A stretch of DNA of 64,000 bases from Thermoanaerobaculia bacterium (lineage in GTDB: Bacteria; Acidobacteriota; Thermoanaerobaculia; Multivoradales; JAIOJS01), in contig CAWDWV010000002.1 in NCBI GenBank assembly GCA_963806095.1, positions 1,054,281 to 1,118,280 on the forward strand, written 5' to 3'. The notes beneath the pieces are model-generated. The model saw only the letters and a list, made by a program, of their open reading frames with translations. It was not told where the DNA came from and searched no databases. This document shows positions 31,691 to 41,262 of the stretch, piece by piece; position 1 is the first letter of the stretch, and the number at the start of each line of letters is the position of its first letter. Position numbers and translations under genes: made by a program.

Positions 31691-33943
31691 ATGCGCAGGC
31701 CAACCGCCGCGCTCTCCTGGGTGCTCGCCTCGCTCGGCCTTCTCGGCTCCGTCACCAACTCGAGGGCACAACCGATCGCCGCCGATCTCGCCGCGGTCAC
31801 CGCGCCGGCCGCCACCGCGGGCCGCGGCGAGCAGACACCCGGCCTCACCTGGTCGCTCGACCTGCTGGCCAAGCGCAGCGCCACCGCCAAGGCGGCGAGC
31901 CCGGCGCTCGCCGTGGCGGCGGCCTTCCAGCTCTCGCCGCAGCTCGCCGCGATGCGCGATGCCGGGCTGGTGCGCACCGACGGCGATCGCGTGCAGGTCT
32001 GGGGTTGGGTGAAGGGAGACCTCGCAAAAGCGGCGGCCCTGCTGCGCTCCCTGGACGCGGAGGTGGAACGTCAGGAACCGGTGCACCGTCTGCTGCAGGC
32101 GTGGGTGCCGGTCTCGGTGCTCGCGGAGGTCGCCGGGTCGGGGCTCTTCCGCGCCGTCTCGCTGCCCCCCTACGGCGTGGTCAACGCCGGCGCGGTGACT
32201 TCGCAAGGCGACGTGCTGCTCAACGCCGCGCAGCTGCGCGCGACGGCGGGCGTCGACGGCAGCGGCGTGAGCGTCGGCCTCACCTCCGACAGCGTCAAGG
32301 GGATCGCGACGGCGATCGCCTCGGGTGACCTTCCCGTCCTCGGCGGCAACCTCGACCTGACCACCTGCAACACCAAAGGCAACGACCCCACCAGCTTCGC
32401 CTCCGGCGAGGGGACGGCGATGCTGGAGATCGTCCATGACCTCGCGCCGGGTGCCAGGCTGATGTTCGGCAACTGGGGCTTCGGCAGCGCTCTCGACTTC
32501 AACGCCGCCATCGACTGCCTGGCCGCCAACACCGACGTGGTGGTGGACGACATCGGGTTCTTCAACGCCGGCCCCTACGACGGCACCAGCCTGGTGTCGC
32601 AAAACACCAGCGACGAGCTCAACCGCACCGGCAACCGCGTCCGCCTGTACGCCACTTCGGTCGCCAACCAGGCGACGTCGCATTACCAGGAGACCTTCGA
32701 CGACTCCGGCGTCAACCTGACGATCTCCGGCTCGCCCTACCGCATGCACCGCGTCGTCGGCACGGCGAGCACCTCCAATGCCGGCCAGTCGCTGGTCACC
32801 TGCAACGGGGTGCCCTGCTCGAATCCGCTGGTGCTGGCGCAGGGCGCCACCGTCACCGTGTTTCTGCAGTGGAACGACAGCTTCGCCGGCTCGCCGAACG
32901 ACTACGACGTCTTCCTCTACGACCGTGCTTCCGCGACGTTCGTCGCCAGTAGCGACGACAGCCAGAACGGCTCGCAGCCGCCGGTGGAGGCCCTCGCCTT
33001 CACCAACCCCCACGCCAAGGGGACCTTCGACATCCTCATCGGCCGCTTCTCCGGCGTGGCGCGCACCTTCGACATGTTCGTGATCTGCGGCGGCTGCGAC
33101 ACCCTCGCCAACGGCGCCAAGACCAACTTCAACACACTGACCAGCAGCGTGCCCAACCAGGCCGACGCCGCCGGCGGCGTGATCTCCGTGGGGGCGATCA
33201 ACTCGGGCGACCCCAACACCGACGACATCGCCTCCTACAGCAGCCGCGGGCCGACCAACGACGGCCGGATGAAGCCCGACGTCACCGCCATCGACGCCGT
33301 CGCGGTCACCGGCGCCGCCGGCTTCTCGAACCCCTTCTTCGGCACCTCCGCGGCGGCGCCCCATGTGGCGGGCATCGCCGCCCTGCTGCTCGACAAGGCG
33401 CCAGCCCTGTTGGCGGGCGAGCCGGGCGACAACCCCGCCGGCGACCGCACCACGCTGCGCAATGCGATCCTGTCGAGCGCCCACGACCGCGGCGCCGCGG
33501 GCGCCGACAACACCTTCGGCGTCGGTCTCGCCGACGCACTCGCGGCCGGCGCGCTGGTAGGCACGACGAGCGGTCCCTGCGTGCGCGACGCCACCACGGC
33601 CTGCCTGCAGTCGAGCCGCTTCGAGGTGAAGGTGACCTGGGCAACGGCAGCGCCGGCCACCGGCAGCGCGCAGGTGATGAGCTTCGGCGGCCAGCGCACG
33701 GAGAACGACGAGTCGGTGTTCTTCACCTTCTTCTCGGCGACCAACTTCGAGATGGGCGTCAAGGTCCTCAACGCCTGCGTGCCCGTGCTGGGCAACAAGT
33801 ACTGGGTCTTCGTCAGCGGCCTCACCGACCAGGGCTGGACGGTGACCGTGCGCGACACGTTCACCGGTGCGGTCAAGACCTACAGCAACCAGATCGGTCA
33901 CCTCTCGACGACGTTTGCGGACACCGTTGGGTTCGGCTGCTGA
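31691..33943 (+). CDS. Secreted subtilisin-like serine protease (S8 family) with C-terminal beta-sandwich domain
   Basis: Signal peptide MRRPTAALSWVLASLGLLGSVTNSRA. Asp box VGLTSDSV. His region GEGTAMLEIVHDLAPGA. Ser box GTSAAAPHVAGIAALL. No frameshifts over 2.25 kb. Confidence 0.85.
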   Translation: MRRPTAALSWVLASLGLLGSVTNSRAQPIAADLAAVTAPAATAGRGEQTPGLTWSLDLLAKRSATAKAASPALAVAAAFQLSPQLAAMRDAGLVRTDGDRVQVWGWVKGDLAKAAALLRSLDAEVERQEPVHRLLQAWVPVSVLAEVAGSGLFRAVSLPPYGVVNAGAVTSQGDVLLNAAQLRATAGVDGSGVSVGLTSDSVKGIATAIASGDLPVLGGNLDLTTCNTKGNDPTSFASGEGTAMLEIVHDLAPGARLMFGNWGFGSALDFNAAIDCLAANTDVVVDDIGFFNAGPYDGTSLVSQNTSDELNRTGNRVRLYATSVANQATSHYQETFDDSGVNLTISGSPYRMHRVVGTASTSNAGQSLVTCNGVPCSNPLVLAQGATVTVFLQWNDSFAGSPNDYDVFLYDRASATFVASSDDSQNGSQPPVEALAFTNPHAKGTFDILIGRFSGVARTFDMFVICGGCDTLANGAKTNFNTLTSSVPNQADAAGGVISVGAINSGDPNTDDIASYSSRGPTNDGRMKPDVTAIDAVAVTGAAGFSNPFFGTSAAAPHVAGIAALLLDKAPALLAGEPGDNPAGDRTTLRNAILSSAHDRGAAGADNTFGVGLADALAAGALVGTTSGPCVRDATTACLQSSRFEVKVTWATAAPATGSAQVMSFGGQRTENDESVFFTFFSATNFEMGVKVLNACVPVLGNKYWVFVSGLTDQGWTVTVRDTFTGAVKTYSNQIGHLSTTFADTVGFGC

Positions 33944-33994
33944 GCCCGGAACCTGCTGGCGGCAGGGCTCCAGCAGGGGCGTAGAATCGAAGCG

Positions 33995-34552
33995 ATGAGC
34001 CTGCCGCTCGCGCGCTACCGCTTCACGGTCGACGACTACTACCGCCTCGCGCAGGCCGGCATCCTCGGCGAGGACGACCGGGTCGAGCTGATCGAGGGGG
34101 AGATCGTGATGATGACGCCGATCGGCAGCCGGCACGCAGCCTGTGTGACCGGGATCGACCACCTATTCCGCGTCCTCGGCGAGCAGGTGGTCGTGCGCGT
34201 GCAGTGCCCTGTACGGCTCGACGATCTGAGCGAGCCGGAGCCCGACCTTTGCCTCGCGCGGCCGCGGGCCGACTTCTATTCCGACGCGCACCCGGGTCCT
34301 CCCGACGTGCTGTCGCTGATCGAGGTCGGCGATTCGTCGATCGGTTATGACCGCGGAATCAAGCTGCCTCTCTACGCCCGGAGCGGGATTGCCGCAGTGT
34401 GGATCCTCGATCTCGCCCGCGGCCTCGTAGAGGCCTACAGTGGCCCTTCGCCCGACGGCTACCTCGAGCGCCGCACCTTTCGATCCGGCGACCGGCTCGA
34501 GGTTCCCGGCACCGACGTCTCGATCGACGCCGGTCAGCTCTTCCCGATCTGA
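33995..34552 (+). CDS. Uma2-family (DUF820) putative restriction-endonuclease-like protein
   Basis: MSLPLARYRFTVDDYYRLAQAGIL...RVELIEGEIVMMTP...PDLCLA...VLSLIEVGDSS is the canonical Uma2/PD-(D/E)xK-like pattern. Confidence 0.8.
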   Translation: MSLPLARYRFTVDDYYRLAQAGILGEDDRVELIEGEIVMMTPIGSRHAACVTGIDHLFRVLGEQVVVRVQCPVRLDDLSEPEPDLCLARPRADFYSDAHPGPPDVLSLIEVGDSSIGYDRGIKLPLYARSGIAAVWILDLARGLVEAYSGPSPDGYLERRTFRSGDRLEVPGTDVSIDAGQLFPI

Positions 34553-34555
34553 CCC

Positions 34556-35431
34556 TCAGCCGATCCGGTTGCCTTCCTCGTCGTAGACGTAGACGCCCTT
34601 GCCGCTCTTCCTCCCCAGGCGCCCCGCCTTGACGTACTGCGCCAGCAGGTTGGCCGGCCGATACGTCTCGCCGAGCGTCGCGTGCAGGTGCTGCAGGATC
34701 GAGTAGCGCACGTCGAGCCCCACCAGGTCGACCATCTCGAACGGTCCCATCGGGTGGTTGAGGCCGAGCTTGAGCGCTTTGTCGATGTCCTCGGCGGAGG
34801 CGACGCCGGTCTCCAGCATGCGGAAGGCCTCGTTGCCGATGAGCGCGTTGATGCGCGAGGTCACGAAGCCGGGCGCCTCGCGGACCACCACCACCTCCTT
34901 GCCCATGCGCGCCGCCACCTCGCCCATGGCGGCGAGCGTCGCCTCGCTGGTCTCCAGGCCGCGCACCAGCTCGACGAGCTTCATCAGGTGCACGGGGTTG
35001 AAGAAGTGCATGCCGGCGAAGCGGTCGGCGCGCCCGGAGGCGGCGGCGATCTCGGTGATCGACAGGCCGGAGGTGTTGGAGGCGAAGAGCGCCTCGGCGG
35101 GGCAGGCCTTCGCCACGGCGGCGAAGGTCTCCACCTTGAGCGCCATCTGCTCGGGCACCGCCTCGATGACGAGGTCGGCTTCGGCGACGGCGGTGTCGAG
35201 ATCGGTCTGGAAGGCGAGGCGGCCTAGCGTCGCCTCGGCGTCCGCAGGCGTCACCTTGCCCAGCTTGACGCCCTTCTCGAGCGTGCGCTGCACGTTCTGG
35301 CGCGCCTTGTCGAGCATGCCGGCGGCGACGTCGAACAGCTGCGTCGCGTAGCCGCCCTGCGCCGCCACCTGGGCGATGCCCCGCCCCATGGTGCCCGCGC
35401 CGAGCACCGCGATGGTCGCGATCGATCTCAT
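34556..35431 (-). CDS. hbd: 3-hydroxyacyl-CoA (3-hydroxybutyryl-CoA) dehydrogenase
   Basis: IAVLGAGTMGRGIAQV Rossmann motif. NTSGLSITEIAA. HFFNPVHLMKLVELVRG. C-terminal dimerisation domain. Confidence 0.85.
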   Translation of the reverse strand: MRSIATIAVLGAGTMGRGIAQVAAQGGYATQLFDVAAGMLDKARQNVQRTLEKGVKLGKVTPADAEATLGRLAFQTDLDTAVAEADLVIEAVPEQMALKVETFAAVAKACPAEALFASNTSGLSITEIAAASGRADRFAGMHFFNPVHLMKLVELVRGLETSEATLAAMGEVAARMGKEVVVVREAPGFVTSRINALIGNEAFRMLETGVASAEDIDKALKLGLNHPMGPFEMVDLVGLDVRYSILQHLHATLGETYRPANLLAQYVKAGRLGRKSGKGVYVYDEEGNRIG

Positions 35432-35441
35432 GTGGTTCCCT

Positions 35442-36101
35442 CTAGGAAACGGGGATGGGGTGCATCCCGGTCGATTTCTCCGCCAGCGTGCGCAGCTCGT
35501 CGGCGATGGCGAGGGTGTTGCGCGCCGCGGCGGCGGCGAGCTCCTGGAGCTCGGCCGTCGTGCACAGCTTCTCGAGGATGTCGCGCGCCAGCTCGTGGTG
35601 CTTGATCTCCTCGGGCTGGATGACGTCGCGGTAGAGGCGCGCCGTCTCGGCGTCGCCGGCGGTGTCGCACAGCGTGATGAACTGCGCGTTGCGCACCTTG
35701 GCGATCGCCTCGCGCGCGAAGGGGCCGGCGGAGACGCGCTCGACGGTGGAGCGCAGGCCGCGCAGGTACTGGTAGAGCGGGCTGTACCCCTCGGCCAGCG
35801 GCTCGAAGGCGCCGAGGTCCTCGCCCAGCTCGGCGAGGCGGCCGCAGATGAGCGCGTAGTGCTTCATCTCGTCGCCGCACTGCTCGGCAAGCAGCAGCTT
35901 GACGTCGATCTCGGGGGTGGTGGGCATCCACAGCCCGGCGAGCTCGCTCGCTTCGAGCTCGCTCTTCAAGGCGAGCCGCAGCAGCGTGCGCACCTCCACC
36001 TGCCCCTCGGACTCCGCCTCGAGGGTCTCCTGCTCGCCGAGGCGGGCGAAGAGCGCCTCCATCTCGGCCACCAGCCCGGCGACGAACTCCTTGCCGTCCA
36101 T
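35442..36101 (-). CDS. Ferritin-like diiron-carboxylate domain protein (rubrerythrin/DUF455-like). Hypothetical.
   Basis: Two ExxH-type motifs (GDEMKHY, PEEIKHHELA) in a four-helix-bundle-like 219-aa protein. Confidence 0.55.
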   Translation of the reverse strand: MDGKEFVAGLVAEMEALFARLGEQETLEAESEGQVEVRTLLRLALKSELEASELAGLWMPTTPEIDVKLLLAEQCGDEMKHYALICGRLAELGEDLGAFEPLAEGYSPLYQYLRGLRSTVERVSAGPFAREAIAKVRNAQFITLCDTAGDAETARLYRDVIQPEEIKHHELARDILEKLCTTAELQELAAAAARNTLAIADELRTLAEKSTGMHPIPVS

Positions 36102-36109
36102 GACCGCGA

Positions 36110-37027
36110 TTGTATGCCGCGCGATATGCTGTCCCCATCGTGCGGCAACGCTCCTGGTGGTGGGCGGCGACGATGGCGAGCTTCGCGCTCGCGGCGGCGT
36201 CCGTGCCGCTTGCCGCCGCCGGCAGCGTGCCTGGTGGCGACGACGCCACTTCGGTGGTGACGCCGGCGATCCCCGACGCGCTGGTCGCCCAGCTGCTGCT
36301 GCTCTCCGACGACGCCTGCGAGGTGCTCTACGTGCCGGGCACGCTCGACCGCGCGGCGCACGTGGAGACCTTGCTGCGCGGCCTGGCGGTGGGTGCCGCC
36401 CGGCGGACCCGGCACCCGGCGCGCCTCGTGGGCGTCGTGCTCCCCCGCGAGGAGTGGCAGCAGGCGAAGCTGCCGTGCGTCTACGGCATCCCCTGCCGCG
36501 CCGGCGCGCGAGTGGTGGTGTTCCCCGCTGCCGGCGACGCCGGCACGGTGGCGTTGTGGCACGGGCTGCTCGGCGCGCTGCCGCGGCTCGCGGGCATGCC
36601 GCTCATGGGCACCGCCGAGGAGGCGGCGAGCCTGGCTCCCGCCGACGCGCTCGCCGGCCTGCTGGCGGCGCGCGACCTCGTCGTCGCGGCGGGGCTCGCC
36701 GGCGACGAGCCGTGGGTGACCGACGTCATCGCCCACGCGACGACCCTCGACGCCGCGCGGCAGGCGCGCTCGGGCCGCGCCGAGGACCTCGACGGCTTCT
36801 GGGGCACCATCCTGCAGCGCTACGGGCCGCTGGGGATGGAGCCGGCCGACCCGCAGGCGGTCGAGCTGCGACGTCAGGCGAAGCTCTTCCTCGCCGCGCA
36901 CGCCCTGCTCGGCTCGGACGGCGCGCTGCCGGCGCGCAGGCTGCGCAAGCTGCAGGAGAAGGGCGGCGGCACCATCCGCGGTGCCGATTTCCGCGCCACC
37001 TGGCCGGTAGCGCTGGGCGGCCTGTAG
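36110..37027 (+). CDS. Hypothetical protein (possible signal peptide if it starts at internal ATG ~36173), translationally coupled to fadJ
   Basis: Clean 305-aa ORF. Its stop overlaps the GTG start of the downstream enoyl-CoA hydratase/HAD gene. No recognisable domain. Confidence 0.45.
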   Translation: MYAARYAVPIVRQRSWWWAATMASFALAAASVPLAAAGSVPGGDDATSVVTPAIPDALVAQLLLLSDDACEVLYVPGTLDRAAHVETLLRGLAVGAARRTRHPARLVGVVLPREEWQQAKLPCVYGIPCRAGARVVVFPAAGDAGTVALWHGLLGALPRLAGMPLMGTAEEAASLAPADALAGLLAARDLVVAAGLAGDEPWVTDVIAHATTLDAARQARSGRAEDLDGFWGTILQRYGPLGMEPADPQAVELRRQAKLFLAAHALLGSDGALPARRLRKLQEKGGGTIRGADFRATWPVALGGL

Positions 37028-39177
37028 TGAGCGCATCCGCGGGCCTCGCCACCCTCACCATCCGCGACGGCGTCGCCTGGCTGCTCTTCGACGCTCCCGG
37101 CAAGCGCGTCAACACGCTGTCGCAGCGCTTGATGGGCTGGTTCGACGAGCAGCTCGCCGCGCTCGAGAAGCAGCCGCTGCGCGGCCTGGTGCTGCGCTCG
37201 ACCAAGCCCGACACGTTCATCGCCGGCGCCGACATCGAGGAGATCGAGCAGCTTTCGGATCGTGCCCAGGTGCGCGAGCTGCTACGCCGCGGCCACGAGC
37301 TGTTCGGGCGCGTCGCCGCGCTCCCTTTCCCGACGGTGGCGGCGATCCACGGCGCTTGCATGGGCGGCGGGACCGAGCTCTCGCTCTGCTGCGACTGGCG
37401 GGTGGCGACCGAGCACGAGAAGACCAAGCTCGGGCTGCCGGAGGTGCAGCTCGGCCTGATCCCCGGCCTCGGCGGCACGCAGCGGCTGCCGCGCCTCGTC
37501 GGCGTGCCGGCGGCGCTCGACATGATCCTCACCGGCCGCCAGGTGTCGGCCTCGCGAGCGCGCAAGATCGGCCTCGTCGACGAGACCTGCCACCCGGCGA
37601 TCCTCGACCGCGTGGCGGTGTCGTTGCTCGACCGCGGCAAACGCCGCGGCGGGGCGTCGAAGGTGGGGCTCGGCGGCCGCGTCGCCGACCTCGTCGCCCG
37701 CTCGCCCTTGGGCGGCCGGCTGGTCTACGACAAGGCGCGCGCCGGCGTGCTCGAGAAGACCGGCGGCCACTACCCGGCGCCGCTGCGCGCCGTCGACGTG
37801 GTGGAGAAGGGGCTGCGGCTGCCGCTCGCGCAGGGGCTGCAGGTGGAGGCCGACGCCTTCGTCGAGCTGGTGGTGAGCGAGACCGCCAAGAGCCTGATCG
37901 GCATCTTCTTCATGAAGAACCGCGTCGAGAGCAAGGCGGCCGAGCTCGCCAAGGCGGCACGGCCGGTGCCGCGCGTCGGCGTGCTGGGCGCCGGCTTGAT
38001 GGGCGCCGGCATCGCGCAGGGGATCGCCCACCGCGGCACGCCGGTGGTGCTCAAGGACAAGGACCTCGCTTCCCTCGCCCGCGGCATGAAGTACTGCGCC
38101 GAGCGCGAGGGCGAGCTGGTCGTGCGGCGGCGGCAGACCGACGTCGAGGCGCGCGAGGCGATGGCGCGCCTGCACCCGACGATCGAGTACGAGCCGATGC
38201 GCCACCTCGACTTCGTCGTCGAGGCGGTGTTCGAGGACGTCGCCGTCAAGCACCAGGTGATCCGCGAGGTGGAGGAGGTGGCGCCGTCCGGTAACGACGG
38301 AAAACCGGCGTTGATCTTCGCCTCCAACACCTCGACCATCCCCATCGCCGAGCTGGCGCAGGGCAGCGCGCGGCCGGCGCAGGTGGTGGGCATGCACTTC
38401 TTCTCGCCGGTGCACAAGATGCCGCTCGTCGAGGTCATCCGCCACCCGGCGACGGCGCCCGAGGTGGTGGCGACGACGGTGGCGCTCGGCCGCGCCATGG
38501 GCAAGACGGTGATCGTCGTCGACGACGGCCCGGGCTTCTTCACCAGCCGCGTGCTGGCGCCGTTCCTCAACGAGGCGGTCTGGTGCCTGGTCGAGGGGGC
38601 TACCATCGAGGAGGTCGACGGCGCGCTCAAGGCCTGGGGGTGGCCGGCGGGCGGCCTGCAGCTGCTCGACGAGGTGGGCATCGACGTCGCCTACCACGCC
38701 GGCCAGGTGCTGATCGCGCGGCTCGGCGACCGCATCGACGCGCCGGCGGCGTTCCGCAAGCTGATCGACGACGGCCGCAAGGGGAGGAAAGCCGGCAAGG
38801 GCTTCTACCGCTACGACGGCAAGGGCAAGGGCAAGGACAAGGAGCCCGACCCGGCGGTGTACGAGCTGCTCGGCTGGCAGCCGCGGCCGTTGCCGGCGGG
38901 CGACATCGCCGAGCGCTGCTGGCTGCAGATGCTCAACGAGGTGGCCCGCACCATCGAGGAGCGCATCGTCACCGACCCCGACGTGGTCGACGTCGGCGTC
39001 ATCTTCGGCCTCGGCTTCCCGCCCTTCCGCGGCGGCATCCTGCGCGAAGCCGACCGCGTCGGCCTCGACGAGATCGTGCGCCGCCTCGACGCCTACGCCG
39101 TGAAACACGGAAAGCGGCTGGAGCCGGCGCCCCTGCTGCGCGAGATGGCGAAGCGCGGCGAGCGTTTCCACGCCTGA
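37027..39177 (+). CDS. fadJ: Fatty-acid oxidation complex alpha subunit (enoyl-CoA hydratase + 3-hydroxyacyl-CoA dehydrogenase)
   Basis: Crotonase fold (AAIHGACMGGGTELSLCCD, GLPEVQLGLIPGLGGTQRLPRLVG). 3HCDH NAD-binding (VGVLGAGLMGAGIAQG, FASNTSTIPIAELA, HFFSPVHKMPLVEV). No frameshifts over 2.1 kb. Confidence 0.85.
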   Translation: MSASAGLATLTIRDGVAWLLFDAPGKRVNTLSQRLMGWFDEQLAALEKQPLRGLVLRSTKPDTFIAGADIEEIEQLSDRAQVRELLRRGHELFGRVAALPFPTVAAIHGACMGGGTELSLCCDWRVATEHEKTKLGLPEVQLGLIPGLGGTQRLPRLVGVPAALDMILTGRQVSASRARKIGLVDETCHPAILDRVAVSLLDRGKRRGGASKVGLGGRVADLVARSPLGGRLVYDKARAGVLEKTGGHYPAPLRAVDVVEKGLRLPLAQGLQVEADAFVELVVSETAKSLIGIFFMKNRVESKAAELAKAARPVPRVGVLGAGLMGAGIAQGIAHRGTPVVLKDKDLASLARGMKYCAEREGELVVRRRQTDVEAREAMARLHPTIEYEPMRHLDFVVEAVFEDVAVKHQVIREVEEVAPSGNDGKPALIFASNTSTIPIAELAQGSARPAQVVGMHFFSPVHKMPLVEVIRHPATAPEVVATTVALGRAMGKTVIVVDDGPGFFTSRVLAPFLNEAVWCLVEGATIEEVDGALKAWGWPAGGLQLLDEVGIDVAYHAGQVLIARLGDRIDAPAAFRKLIDDGRKGRKAGKGFYRYDGKGKGKDKEPDPAVYELLGWQPRPLPAGDIAERCWLQMLNEVARTIEERIVTDPDVVDVGVIFGLGFPPFRGGILREADRVGLDEIVRRLDAYAVKHGKRLEPAPLLREMAKRGERFHA

Positions 39178-39210
39178 GCGGAGCGCCGCGGCGACGAGCG
39201 CGACCCGGCG

Positions 39211-40554
39211 ATGACGGAGCGGCGCGACGCGGTCGTGGTGGGCGGTGGGGTGTCGGGGCTTACCGCGGGCTTCCACTTGGCGCGGGCCGGGCTCGCGGTG
39301 ACCCTGCTCGAGGCGACGGAGCGGCTGGGCGGCGTGCTCGAGACGCGGCGCGAGGGCGAGTGGCTGGTCGAGCTCGGGCCCAACACCGTCGCGGAGCGGC
39401 CGCCGCTGGCGGAGCTGATCGAGCTGGCGGGGCTGGCCGGGGAACGGCTCGCGGCATCGCCTGCGGCCTCGCGGCGCTTTCTCTGGCGGCGGGAGGCGCT
39501 CCACCCGTTGCCGCAGTCGCCGGGGCAGCTGCTCGGCTCGTCGCTGCTGTCGTGGCGGGGCAAGGCGGCGCTGGCGCGCGAGCCGTGGGCGGCGGCGCCG
39601 CGTGATGACGGGCGCGAGGAGTCGGTGGCCGACTTCGTCCGGCGCCGCTTCGGCGCCGAGGCGCTGGAGGTGTTCGCGGCGCCGTTCGTCGCCGGCATCT
39701 ACGCGGGCGATCCCGAGCGGCTGTCGATGCGCTGGACGCTGCCGCGGCTGCTCGCGTTCGAGCGCGAGCACGGCAGCGTGCTGCGCGGCGCCCGCGCGGC
39801 GAGGCGCGGCGGCGCGGCGGGGCTGCGGCAGCCGGTGGTGAGCTTCCGCGGCGGCCTCGCCACGCTCACCGATCGCCTTGCCGCCGCGATTCCGGACGTG
39901 CGCCGCGGCGCGCGCGTCGACGCCGTGCGGCGTGACGGCGACGGCTTCGTCGTCGAGAGCACCGCCGGCGCCTTCGCCGCGCCGCACGTCGTTGTCGCGG
40001 TGCCGGCGCCGCAGACCTCCTGCCTGCTCTTTCCCGCCAGCGACGGCCGCAGCGCTGCTCTCGCCGAGCTGCCCTACGCGCCGGTCGCCGTCGTCGCGCT
40101 CGGCTACCGGCGCGAGGATCTGGCGCACCCCCTCGACGGCTTCGGCTTCCTCGCCGCCCCCACCTCGGGGCTGCGCCTGCTCGGCTGCCTCTTCAGCTCC
40201 AGCCTCTTCGCCGACCGTACGCCGCCCGGCCACGTGCTGCTGACCTGCTTCCTCGGTGGCCGCACCGCGCCGGAGCTCGTCGAGCTCGACGAAATCGAGC
40301 TGGTAAGGCTGGTCCGCGAGGATGTAGGCCGCACCCTCGGCGCCCGTGGCGAGCCGGCATTCACCGCCGTCCGCAAGACGCAACGCGCAATCCCCCAGTA
40401 CGAGATCGGTCACCGGCGCTTCGTCGACCTCGCCGCCGAGCTCGAGACGGCGCTCCCGGGCCTCCACCTCGCCGGCAACTGGCTGCACGGCGCCGGCGTC
40501 GCCGACTGCGTCGAGCACGCCACCGCGATCACTGCGCAGATTCGCAGATCCTGA
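39211..40554 (+). CDS. hemY: Protoporphyrinogen/coproporphyrinogen oxidase-like FAD amine oxidase (HemY/PPOX family)
   Basis: DAVVVGGGVSGLTAGFHL...VTLLEATERLGGVLET. Typical PPOX architecture and length (447 aa). Confidence 0.7.
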   Translation: MTERRDAVVVGGGVSGLTAGFHLARAGLAVTLLEATERLGGVLETRREGEWLVELGPNTVAERPPLAELIELAGLAGERLAASPAASRRFLWRREALHPLPQSPGQLLGSSLLSWRGKAALAREPWAAAPRDDGREESVADFVRRRFGAEALEVFAAPFVAGIYAGDPERLSMRWTLPRLLAFEREHGSVLRGARAARRGGAAGLRQPVVSFRGGLATLTDRLAAAIPDVRRGARVDAVRRDGDGFVVESTAGAFAAPHVVVAVPAPQTSCLLFPASDGRSAALAELPYAPVAVVALGYRREDLAHPLDGFGFLAAPTSGLRLLGCLFSSSLFADRTPPGHVLLTCFLGGRTAPELVELDEIELVRLVREDVGRTLGARGEPAFTAVRKTQRAIPQYEIGHRRFVDLAAELETALPGLHLAGNWLHGAGVADCVEHATAITAQIRRS

Positions 40555-40567
40555 TATGCTTTTCTGC

Positions 40568-40807
40568 ATGAGAACGACTCTCGATCTCGACGACGAGCTG
40601 GTGAAGGAGATCAAGCGGCGAGCCGCCGACTCCGGCCGGACGCTGACAGCGGTCATCGAGGACACGCTGCGCGAAGGGCTGCGCCCGCGCGAGAAACAGG
40701 GTAAGCCCTATCGACTGCGCATTCCGATCGTCAAGGGAAAGCTCCTTCCCGGCGTGGACCTCAACGACCGTGATTCTCTCTACGACATCATGGACGGACT
40801 GCGCTGA
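40568..40807 (+). CDS. vapB: Type II antitoxin, VapB-like (ribbon-helix-helix)
   Basis: MRTTLDLDDELVKEIKRRAADSGRTLTAVIEDTLRE is a classic RHH antitoxin N-terminus. Its stop overlaps the downstream PIN gene. Confidence 0.65.
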   Translation: MRTTLDLDDELVKEIKRRAADSGRTLTAVIEDTLREGLRPREKQGKPYRLRIPIVKGKLLPGVDLNDRDSLYDIMDGLR

Positions 40808-41262
40808 TCGCCGTCGACACCAACGTCCTCGTCTACGGCCATCGCGGCGAGAGCGAGCACCACGGCACGGCGTTGGCCCGCCTCGCCGCGCTGACGGAAG
40901 GCGATGTTCCTTGGGGGCTCCCCGTCTTCTGCCTTGGTGAGTTCACGCGGGTGGTCACCCACGCCAGGGTGTTCGCTCCGCCCTCAACGCTGAAGGAAGC
41001 CGTCGCGGCACTTGACGGGTTCATGGCGAGCCCGTCCGTGAGGATCCTCATGCCCGGTCCCCGCTTCGCAAGGATCTTCGCCGAGTGCCTGCTTGCGGCC
41101 GACGCGCGCGGCAACCTCGCCTTCGATGCTCAGATCGCCGCGGTCTGCCTCGAGCATGGCGCGCGCGAGATCCTGACGTTCGATCGCGACTTCGCCAGGT
41201 TCCCGCAGCTCTCGATGGTGCCGCTTTCCGTTCTCGGTTCAGCTTCCGGCGCTGGCTCCTAG
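40804..41262 (+). CDS. vapC: Type II toxin, VapC (PIN-domain ribonuclease). Start codon non-canonical or lost by indel.
   Basis: LIAVDTNVLVY...(acidic PIN residues)...ILTFDRDFARF. In-frame reading begins with CTG/ATC after the vapB stop. No ATG/GTG is available. Confidence 0.6.
   Translation: MIAVDTNVLVYGHRGESEHHGTALARLAALTEGDVPWGLPVFCLGEFTRVVTHARVFAPPSTLKEAVAALDGFMASPSVRILMPGPRFARIFAECLLAADARGNLAFDAQIAAVCLEHGAREILTFDRDFARFPQLSMVPLSVLGSASGAGS

Noticed and set aside
35899-39177. 1092-aa plus-strand ORF implying an N-terminally extended FadJ
   Set aside because: The extension is antisense to the ferritin-like gene and reads as junk. FadJ begins at the GTG at 37027, where the crotonase fold starts.
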